Origin: an uncultured delta proteobacterium
Lineage (GTDB): Bacteria > Desulfobacterota > Desulfuromonadia > Geobacterales > Pseudopelobacteraceae
Assembly (NCBI GenBank): GCA_963772835.1
Contig: CAVYYZ010000011.1
Span: 384,001-448,000, forward strand
Direction: 5' to 3'
DNA length: 64,000 bases
A program made the translations under genes and the position numbers. Below are positions 56,347 through 64,000 of the stretch, one piece after another (positions within the stretch are counted from its first letter, which is position 1; each line of letters begins with the position of its first letter). The notes beneath the pieces were generated by a model. The model saw only the letters and a program-made list of their open reading frames with translations, searched no databases and was not told where the DNA came from.

Positions 56347-57660
56347 ATGATTGATAAACTCCTCTACATCGAAACCTTCGGCTGTCAAATGAATGTAAAT
56401 GATTCTGAACGGATCATTACCATGCTGTCCGGCCTTGGGTATGCACGTACGAACGATCCTGCTTCCTCGGACATGATTCTGCTCAATACCTGCAGTGTGC
56501 GCGGAGGTGCAGAGGAAAAGGTGTACAGACGTCTTGCCAACCTGCGTATTTACAAACGGGACGGCAAAAAACAGATTATTGCGGTGGGCGGGTGTGTGGC
56601 CCAGCAGGAAGGTGAGGAACTCCTCCGAAAGCTGCCTTATCTTGATCTTGTTATCGGCACCCACAATCTTCATCTGCTGCCGGAAATGGTGCGGGGCGCC
56701 GAACGAGGCGAACGCCGTTCCGAGACGACCTTTATTGATAATGACAAGCGTCTGGACCTTTTTCCCGCAATTAAGGGGGAGTCACGTCTTTCCCGTTTTG
56801 TGACGGTCATGCAGGGGTGCAACAACTATTGCTCGTACTGCATTGTCCCCTTAGTGCGCGGTCCGGAGATAAGCCGCCGTTCGACAGATATCCTGGCAGA
56901 AGTCAGTCAGCTTGCAGCGGAAGGGGTAAGAGAAGTTATTCTGCTCGGCCAGAATGTTAACTCATACGGCCTTAGCACCGATAATGAACCGACGTTCGCT
57001 GAATTAATACGGCAGGTAGCCGGAGTAACCGGAATAGACCGGATCCGGTTCACCACTTCGCATCCAAAGGATATGTCGGATGAACTGATCGCCTGTTTTG
57101 GAGATATTCCAAAGCTGAGCGGGCAGATCCATCTACCGGCTCAGTCCGGAAGCGATGCCGTCCTTACGTTGATGGGGCGCGGATATACCCGGGATTCTTA
57201 TCTTGATAACGTACATAAACTAAGGACTATTCGCCCCGATATAGTTTTTACCGGTGATATCATTGTCGGTTTTCCCGGCGAAACCGATGCGGATTTCGAA
57301 CAGACCCTCTCCTTAATGGAAGAGGTGCGCTATATTGACCTGTTTTCCTTCGTCTACTCGCCTCGCCCAGGGACAAAAGCGGCCGAACTGAGTGACAATC
57401 TGTCTCGAGTTGAAAAAATGGCCCGGCTTGATCGTCTTATGGAACTTCAGCGCCGGCATACCCGCGAGATCAGTCAGACCTATATCGGCAGCATAATGGC
57501 AGTACTTGTTGAAGGGGAGGGGAAACTTCCAGGGCAGCTTTCCGGCAAGGCCGAAATCGGCCGCATCGTTAATTTTACCGGTGACAGTTCCATGATCGGC
57601 AGCTTTGCCGATGTCAGAATCACCAAAGCCTATCCGAACTCACTGCTGGGTGAATTATGA
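56347..57660 (+). CDS. miaB: tRNA-2-methylthio-N6-dimethylallyladenosine synthase MiaB
   Basis: [23 protein letters not shown], CxxxCxxC (GCNNYCSYC), GQNVNSY, TTSHP, C-terminal TRAM. Confidence 0.95.
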   Translation: MIDKLLYIETFGCQMNVNDSERIITMLSGLGYARTNDPASSDMILLNTCSVRGGAEEKVYRRLANLRIYKRDGKKQIIAVGGCVAQQEGEELLRKLPYLDLVIGTHNLHLLPEMVRGAERGERRSETTFIDNDKRLDLFPAIKGESRLSRFVTVMQGCNNYCSYCIVPLVRGPEISRRSTDILAEVSQLAAEGVREVILLGQNVNSYGLSTDNEPTFAELIRQVAGVTGIDRIRFTTSHPKDMSDELIACFGDIPKLSGQIHLPAQSGSDAVLTLMGRGYTRDSYLDNVHKLRTIRPDIVFTGDIIVGFPGETDADFEQTLSLMEEVRYIDLFSFVYSPRPGTKAAELSDNLSRVEKMARLDRLMELQRRHTREISQTYIGSIMAVLVEGEGKLPGQLSGKAEIGRIVNFTGDSSMIGSFADVRITKAYPNSLLGEL

Positions 57661-57682
57661 ACCAAATATTCAAGAGGCTATC

Positions 57683-59365
57683 ATGAACGGTATTGAACAC
57701 TTATCACCAACAGCCAACAACTTTCTGCGTACCATTATTGATGAGGATCTCAAAAGCGGCAAACACAGTAGTATAGTGACCCGCTTTCCGCCGGAACCGA
57801 ACGGGTATCTTCATATCGGTCATGCCAAGGCTATCTGCATCAACTTTGGTCTGGCGCGCGATTTCGGTGGACGATGCCACCTCCGTTTTGATGATACCAA
57901 TCCGGCACGGGAAGAGATGGAATACATCAATTCAATCAAGGAGAGCGTGAGCTGGCTCGGATTTGATTGGGGGAAACATCTCTATTATGCATCAGATAAC
58001 TTTGAACAGTTATATCAGTGGGCGGTTTTCCTGATTACGCAGGAAAAAGCGTATGTCGAAGATCTGAACGCAGAGCAGATCCGTGCCCACCGGGGCACAT
58101 TGACTGAACCGGGAGTTGAAAGCCCGTATCGCACCCGTTCCGTTGAAGAAAATATGGACCTTTTCAGCCGTATGCGTGCCGGTGAGTTCCCGGATGGCAC
58201 CCGCGTGCTGCGGGCCAGGATTGATATGGCTTCACCAAATATGAGTATGCGCGATCCCGTCCTCTACCGGATTTTACATACACCGCATCCGCATGTCGGT
58301 GATGCCTGGAAGATTTATCCGATGTACGACTTTGCTCATGGACAGACTGATGCCATTGAGGGGATTACGCATTCCATCTGCACATTGGAATTCGAATCAC
58401 ACAAACCGTTGTATGAATGGTTTCTGGATAATCTGCCGGTACCTTCCCGACCGCGCCAATATGAATTTGCGCGGCTGAATCTGACTTACACTGTAATGAG
58501 TAAAAGAAAGCTGCAGGAATTGGTGCAACTCGGTATAGTCAATGGGTGGGATGACCCGCGAATGCCGACTCTGGCCGGGATTAAGCGGCGTGGATACACG
58601 GCGGCGGCAGTACGTACTTTTTGCGAACAGATCGGCGTTGGCCGGAGTGATTCATGGATCGATGTGTCCACGCTTGAGGAGTGTGTACGCGTTGAACTGA
58701 ATGAATCAGCACCTCGAGCCATGGCGGTTTTGCGGCCGATCAAACTGATTGTTGACAATTATCCGGCCGGCCTGACTGAAAACATGACCGCTGCCAACCA
58801 CCCGCAACGGCCTGAGATGGGAAGCCGCACCGTCTGTTTTTCCCGAGAGCTCTGGATTGATGCTGATGACTTCATGGAAGTGCCGATCAAAGGTTTCCAT
58901 CGTCTGACTGTAGGCGGTGAAGTTAAACTTCGATTTGGCTATATTGTGAGGTGCACGGGAGTTGTCAAGGACGATCAGGGAAATATTCTTGAATTGCATG
59001 GTGAGTATGATCCCGCATCTCTCGAAGGTATCCACACAGCCGACGGCCGGAAAGTCAAAGGTGTTATCCACTGGGTATCTGCCGCTCATGCCGTTACTGC
59101 TGAAGTGCGACTTTTTGACCGCCTCTTCAGTGATCCTAACCCTGACCGGGGTGGAGTGGACTACAAACAGTTTCTTAATCCGAACTCAGTGGAGTCACGT
59201 ATCGACTGTAAGCTGGAGGCATCTCTTGCTGCAGCAGGCCTTGAGACCCGCTGGCAGTTCGAGCGGCAAGGCTATTTTAGTCAGGACCCGAAAGATTCAC
59301 TCCCCGGCTCGCTTGTTTTCAACCGTATAGTCACATTGCGGGATGCATGGACTGCTAAGAAGTAA
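57683..59365 (+). CDS. glnS: glutamine--tRNA ligase
   Basis: [61 protein letters not shown]. Confidence 0.96.
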   Translation: MNGIEHLSPTANNFLRTIIDEDLKSGKHSSIVTRFPPEPNGYLHIGHAKAICINFGLARDFGGRCHLRFDDTNPAREEMEYINSIKESVSWLGFDWGKHLYYASDNFEQLYQWAVFLITQEKAYVEDLNAEQIRAHRGTLTEPGVESPYRTRSVEENMDLFSRMRAGEFPDGTRVLRARIDMASPNMSMRDPVLYRILHTPHPHVGDAWKIYPMYDFAHGQTDAIEGITHSICTLEFESHKPLYEWFLDNLPVPSRPRQYEFARLNLTYTVMSKRKLQELVQLGIVNGWDDPRMPTLAGIKRRGYTAAAVRTFCEQIGVGRSDSWIDVSTLEECVRVELNESAPRAMAVLRPIKLIVDNYPAGLTENMTAANHPQRPEMGSRTVCFSRELWIDADDFMEVPIKGFHRLTVGGEVKLRFGYIVRCTGVVKDDQGNILELHGEYDPASLEGIHTADGRKVKGVIHWVSAAHAVTAEVRLFDRLFSDPNPDRGGVDYKQFLNPNSVESRIDCKLEASLAAAGLETRWQFERQGYFSQDPKDSLPGSLVFNRIVTLRDAWTAKK

Positions 59366-59391
59366 ATAATGAAAGAGTGGTATATAACTAC

Positions 59392-60282
59392 ATGAATAAT
59401 AAAAAATTTACATCCGGTTTTGTCTCTATTATCGGGCGCCCGAACGTTGGTAAATCGACTCTTCTGAACAGTATTATCGGCGAGAAGATTGTCATTACGT
59501 CGGACAAGCCGCAGACCACACGCAACCGGATTCAGGGGATCCACAACATCCCCGGCGGCCAGATCGTTTTTATCGACACCCCCGGTATCCATAGCGGACG
59601 ATCGCGTCTCAACAAAAGCATGGTGGATGTGGCGCGCTCTGCTATCAGCGGAGTTGATCTATTGATGCTGGTTGTTGAAGCCACTACGTCTGCCGATGCT
59701 GACTTTGTACAGGACGTCCTTGGTAAAGCGAAGATTCCGGTAGTGCTGGTTATCAACAAGATTGATCTGCTTTCTGACAAGAATCAGGTCCTGAAAAAAA
59801 TGGCCGACTGGGCTGCGCTCTATCCGTTCAGGGAAATCATTCCGATTTCTGCCGGTCGCAATGACGGTGTTGAACATCTGGTAACAGTTGTCAGCAATTA
59901 TCTCCCCGAAGGCCCTGCGCTTTTCCCGGATGATATTCTGACTGATATGCCTGAAAAATTTATCGTGGCTGAGATGATTCGTGAAAAAGTCTTCCGGCTG
60001 ACACGTGATGAAATTCCGTATTCAACGGCGGTTGTCGTAGAGAGTTTTATCGAACGGGAGAATGGCGTAATCGCAATTTCGGCGGCAATTATGCTGGAAC
60101 GTGCTACCCAGAAGGGCATCATAATCGGCTCAAAGGGTGAAATGCTTAAAAAGATCGGGAGTCAGGCAAGGCAGGATATCGAGCGATTGCTGGACACTAA
60201 AATTTATCTTGAGCTGTTCGTAAAAGTTGTTGAAAACTGGAGTGAACGGCCGTCAAAATTGAGAGAACTGGGATACGAATGA
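59392..60282 (+). CDS. era: GTPase Era
   Basis: [37 protein letters not shown] domain QKGIIIG..G..LKKIG. Confidence 0.96.
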   Translation: MNNKKFTSGFVSIIGRPNVGKSTLLNSIIGEKIVITSDKPQTTRNRIQGIHNIPGGQIVFIDTPGIHSGRSRLNKSMVDVARSAISGVDLLMLVVEATTSADADFVQDVLGKAKIPVVLVINKIDLLSDKNQVLKKMADWAALYPFREIIPISAGRNDGVEHLVTVVSNYLPEGPALFPDDILTDMPEKFIVAEMIREKVFRLTRDEIPYSTAVVVESFIERENGVIAISAAIMLERATQKGIIIGSKGEMLKKIGSQARQDIERLLDTKIYLELFVKVVENWSERPSKLRELGYE

Positions 60283-61637
60283 AACCTTTAGTCGCCATTG
60301 TCGGCCGTCCCAATGTGGGCAAATCAACCCTTTTCAACCGTCTTCTGGGACATCGTCGAGCTATTGTCGATGACACCCCCGGAGTCACACGTGACCGCAA
60401 CTATGCCAACATCACCCGTTTTGAAAAGCCGTTCATCCTCATTGATACCGGTGGATTCGAGCCGGTAACGGAGAATCTGCTACTGCAGCAGATGCGCGAA
60501 CAATCGCGTCTTGCCATCGAGGAGGCAGATGTCATCATTTTTATGATGGATGCCAGAAGCGGTCTCACCCCGGCGGACATTGAAGTGGCCGAAATGCTGA
60601 GGCGCGTCAAAAAACCGGTATTTTTTGTGGTTAATAAGGTTGATGGCGAAAAACTGGAGAATGAATCCGCGGAATTTTATTCCCTCGGCATTGGAGAGCT
60701 GTACACCATTTCGGCCGAACATAATCGAGGAGTTATCGACCTCGTTGAAAACATTTTGGAAGTTTTCCCGCCGGCTGATGGTGCCGACCCCGAAGAGAAT
60801 GTCACTCGTATTGCCGTGGTAGGACGGCCTAATGTCGGCAAATCGTCACTTGTCAACCGACTGCTCGGCTTTGACCGGGTCGTCGCGAATCCTACCGCCG
60901 GCACAACCCGTGATTCGGTCGACACTCCATTCACCTGTAATAAAAAACCATACGTTCTGATTGATACCGCCGGTATTCGTCGCAAGGGTAAAACGACCGA
61001 AAAGCTCGAGAAGTACAGCGTCTGTGATGCCTTGCGCAGTATCGAACGAGCCGATGTCGTGCTGATGGTTATCAACGCCGAGGAAGGTGTGACTGAGCAG
61101 GACGAGCGCATCGCAGGATATATTCATGAAGCAGGTAAAGGGTGTGTATTTGTCATCAACAAATGGGACCTGCTTGAAAAAGATAATGCCACACTTGGAA
61201 TATATATAGCCAAAATCAGGGACGGCTTCAAATATCTGGCGTACGCCCCGATCGTGTGCGTCTCTGCTAAAACAGGTCAACGCTCAGGCAAGATAATTAC
61301 TACAGTTGATGAAGTTATGGAGCAATTCTGTCGTCGCGTTACTACATCTGAGTTGGTGCACGTGTTTACCGATGCCATTGAATCACACCATGCTCCCTTA
61401 TCTCACGGTCGCAGGGTTAAATTCTACTTTGCTACACAGGTTGCAACCAGGCCGCCATCCTTTGTCATTTTCACCAATCAGCCTGATAATATTCACTATT
61501 CATACGAGCGGTATCTTATTAATAAATTTCGCGAAGCATTCGGCTTCGACGGCGTTCCGTTGCGGCTAATGTTCCGTGGCAGAGATAAAACCGATACTTC
61601 CCGCAAAGGAGGATCCGATCGCCCGTCATCCCTATAA
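60279..61637 (+). CDS. der: ribosome biogenesis GTPase Der (EngA)
   Basis: Two G domains ([24 protein letters not shown]), PGVTRD, GTTRD, C-terminal KH-like domain. Confidence 0.96.
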   Translation: MKPLVAIVGRPNVGKSTLFNRLLGHRRAIVDDTPGVTRDRNYANITRFEKPFILIDTGGFEPVTENLLLQQMREQSRLAIEEADVIIFMMDARSGLTPADIEVAEMLRRVKKPVFFVVNKVDGEKLENESAEFYSLGIGELYTISAEHNRGVIDLVENILEVFPPADGADPEENVTRIAVVGRPNVGKSSLVNRLLGFDRVVANPTAGTTRDSVDTPFTCNKKPYVLIDTAGIRRKGKTTEKLEKYSVCDALRSIERADVVLMVINAEEGVTEQDERIAGYIHEAGKGCVFVINKWDLLEKDNATLGIYIAKIRDGFKYLAYAPIVCVSAKTGQRSGKIITTVDEVMEQFCRRVTTSELVHVFTDAIESHHAPLSHGRRVKFYFATQVATRPPSFVIFTNQPDNIHYSYERYLINKFREAFGFDGVPLRLMFRGRDKTDTSRKGGSDRPSSL

Positions 61638-61641
61638 AGAC

Positions 61642-61670
61642 TTTACTTGGGTCCTCTGTTGCGATATATT
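61642..61670 (+). promoter_or_regulatory. putative sigma70 promoter for the chemosensory cluster
   Basis: TTTACT, 17 nt, TATATT, about 190 nt upstream of the DUF4388 gene. Confidence 0.4.
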
Positions 61671-61863
61671 CTTCCAGTTTTATCCGGCGTTACGCTGCCT
61701 TGACCGGCAAAATTAAGTACGTTATCTTAATTGTTCTTCCAGGCTTCTGATAAGCGGATTGTTCGTTCTAGAAATCATGTCTGCAAAATAAATCAGATAT
61801 GATTTTTACCATTCATTTAAAGTGTCCGGAATAACTTCTCAAGTACTAATTGGATTGTGACGA

Positions 61864-63540
61864 ATGAGCCTGGAAGGTACCCTTGAAGAGCTTGGACTTG
61901 GCGAGATATTACAGATCGTCAGCCTCAGCAGAAAAACCGGCGTTCTTATCCTCAGCAGCAGGGGAAGAGATGGCTCGGTTTTTTTTCGTAAAGGACAGGT
62001 TGTCAGAGCGACCTCGAGCACCTGCCAACAAAGCCTGGGCGAGGTGTTGATTCAAAAAGGGGTCCTTGATCCACCTGTACTGCGCAAGGCCCTTGCTTTT
62101 CAGAATGAACACGGGTTTTGTGAGCGCCTCGGGGTGATTCTTGTAAAAAACTTTGGTATTTCACAAGAGATTATCGAAGAAGTGGTCAGAGAACAGATAG
62201 AAAATGTTGTCTTCTCACTGTTTGCCTGGACAAAGGGTACATTCGATTTTCAAACTCAGGACTCGGTTGAAACGGTTGACGGTACAATGATGGACCCACT
62301 GCAGTTCATGCTGAATCAGGGATTAAACCCTCAGTTTCTCGCTATGGAAGGCACCAGGATCCATGATGAAAAACGTCATGCAGCAGAAACGGGTTGTGAT
62401 GATGATGACTCTGCTGACGATGCGGCTGATCTTGACATTGAATCGGTTGAAGACTCAAATACACCAAAGCCGGCTCCTCGTGTGACTCAGCAAACAGTGG
62501 TATTGGTTGACGATGACGTCCCGACTCTGCAGGCAATTTCTGACGGGCTGACAGAAAACGGTTTTGTCGTTCATGCAATGACGCGAAGTGAGGACACGCT
62601 GATCAAGGTAGACTCACTGAACAGAAGCGGAGAGAATCCAATCGTTCTCATTGATCTGATTATGCCGAAGATGGACGGATCAGGTGTTCTTGGCGGCGTT
62701 GAACTCCTTGATCTTCTGCATAACAACTTTGAAAATCTTCAATTATTAATCATGACCGACTACCATCACGCGGATGCCGAGAAAAAAATACGTGATCGTG
62801 GATATCCTTTTCTCATGAAACCCCGGCGTGTTGAAATACACACTCCTGAGATCATGAATAATTTTCTTTCGCAGATTACACATGACATTCGTCATTACTC
62901 AGACGCCTTGACTTCCGTAGAGTGGCAGGAACGATTCAATCTTGGTGATGAGCTTCGCATTGAGATGGGTGAAGATGACGACATGCCGCGCCCGGCCGAA
63001 TCCGCTCGACAGGACGGGAACGGCGGGCTTTCCCTGTTGCGCGGCATGCTTGAGGAGCTGACTAATCCTGAACTGCAAGGAGGGGTGCTGCTGCTGGTAC
63101 TTCGTTTCGCTTCGGAATTTTTAAACAGGGCTATTATTTTTACCATCGACAATCAGATTATTTCCGGTTTTGGACAATTCGGCATCACCGGCGGAACAAT
63201 CAGCGGCGATGAAAAAGTACGTGCAATACACTTTTCTCAGGAATCCGGGTCTATGTTTGATGAACCTTTTCAAACCAGACAGTCTCTCACGTTCACTCCA
63301 ACCCCCTCTCCGGTGGATTCTCATATTTTTGATCAATTGGGCGGTGGTCTGCCGGCAGAGATTTTCATCGGTCCATTAATTAGCCAGTCCCGTGTCATCG
63401 GATTTCTCTACGGAGACAATCTTCCGGAAAAGAAGCCCGTAGGAAATATCGAACCGCTTGCTATTTTCCTGTCGCAGGCGGGGATTTCAATTGAGAAATC
63501 TTTGCTTGAACGACAGTTGAATGAGAGGAGTACATCGTGA
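61864..63540 (+). CDS. DUF4388 (PatA-N), REC and GAF-like protein at the head of a chemosensory cluster
   Basis: MSLEGTLEELGLGEILQ..SLSRKTG.L, LF.W..G.F.F; REC (VLVDDD, LIDLIMP, KP); C-terminal GPL....VIGFLYGDN. Confidence 0.85.
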   Translation: MSLEGTLEELGLGEILQIVSLSRKTGVLILSSRGRDGSVFFRKGQVVRATSSTCQQSLGEVLIQKGVLDPPVLRKALAFQNEHGFCERLGVILVKNFGISQEIIEEVVREQIENVVFSLFAWTKGTFDFQTQDSVETVDGTMMDPLQFMLNQGLNPQFLAMEGTRIHDEKRHAAETGCDDDDSADDAADLDIESVEDSNTPKPAPRVTQQTVVLVDDDVPTLQAISDGLTENGFVVHAMTRSEDTLIKVDSLNRSGENPIVLIDLIMPKMDGSGVLGGVELLDLLHNNFENLQLLIMTDYHHADAEKKIRDRGYPFLMKPRRVEIHTPEIMNNFLSQITHDIRHYSDALTSVEWQERFNLGDELRIEMGEDDDMPRPAESARQDGNGGLSLLRGMLEELTNPELQGGVLLLVLRFASEFLNRAIIFTIDNQIISGFGQFGITGGTISGDEKVRAIHFSQESGSMFDEPFQTRQSLTFTPTPSPVDSHIFDQLGGGLPAEIFIGPLISQSRVIGFLYGDNLPEKKPVGNIEPLAIFLSQAGISIEKSLLERQLNERSTS

Positions 63541-63917
63541 GTTCCAAAACCATCCTGATCGCCGATGACTCACCAACAATGCGTGCCATGCTGGTTGCTA
63601 TTATCGAAGAAATCGGTAACTATCAGACAGTTGAGGCCTCCAGCGGCTTTGAGGCGCTGCGGCTTCTTCCACGAGAACATGTTGACCTGATTTTAACAGA
63701 TATAAATATGCCTGATATCAACGGGCTTGAATTGATCAGCTATCTTCGCACCAACCCGAATTACAAAAACATTCCCATTTTCATTATTTCAACGGAAGGA
63801 AGCGTACTTGATGTTGAAAAAGGTAAACGGCTCGGAGCTGACGAGTATATTGTTAAGCCTTTCTCTCCTGTAACTCTCCAGCAATTAATTGAAAGCTATT
63901 TAAATAAAACGCTCTGA
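63537..63917 (+). CDS. cheY: CheY-like single-domain response regulator
   Basis: GTG start overlapping upstream stop; ILIADDS..MR, ILTDINMPDING, IST, YIVKPF. Confidence 0.85.
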   Translation: MSSKTILIADDSPTMRAMLVAIIEEIGNYQTVEASSGFEALRLLPREHVDLILTDINMPDINGLELISYLRTNPNYKNIPIFIISTEGSVLDVEKGKRLGADEYIVKPFSPVTLQQLIESYLNKTL

Positions 63918-63941
63918 CTGGGTGGTTTGAGGTACAGCGTA

Positions 63942-64000
63942 ATGGATGAACAGAACACCACACATACGAAAATCCTTCAGGATTTTCTTGCTGAAGCGGA
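63942..64000 (+). CDS. cheA: 5' end of probable CheA (HPt domain), truncated by window edge
   Basis: GAGGT RBS, then MDEQNTTHTKILQDFLAEA; DFLAEA is typical of the first CheA HPt helix; follows cheY. Confidence 0.6.
   Translation, partial: MDEQNTTHTKILQDFLAEA

Overview
Chromosomal window from a Geobacteraceae-like deltaproteobacterium (Desulfuromonadia). The assignment is inferred from gene content and order: aroE-pilB-pilT-pilC-pilS, fur-feoB-small Cys protein-ideR, and era-der-DUF4388-cheY-cheA. It holds about 51 coding regions. I saw no rRNA, tRNA, CRISPR array or transposase. Housekeeping genes include aroE, htpG, an S1-like protein, metF, clpB, rsmD, coaD, recB, miaB, glnS, era and der. 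Most notable observations: (1) A translationally coupled HEAT-repeat and HD-GYP gene pair (42616-45935) whose two products share a ~100-aa N-terminal domain (YxxGHP...DG...RGIG...GITxxE) that I cannot name. (2) A 16-kb co-oriented signalling island (26.3-42.6 kb) with four kinases, a transporter-less solute-binding protein, a ferritin-like protein, a REC-HD-GYP and a kinase-less CheB-CheR fusion. It is headed by a chimeric REC/UvrY-type regulator with a GacA-box-like palindrome on its own stop codon. (3) A type IV pilus operon that stops after pilS, with no pilR or pilA, and abuts an orphan ABC permease. (4) A PAP2 phosphatase gene split at a G8 tract. (5) An unannotated 30-codon half zinc-finger ORF. 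All calls come from motif recognition by eye; no searches were run.
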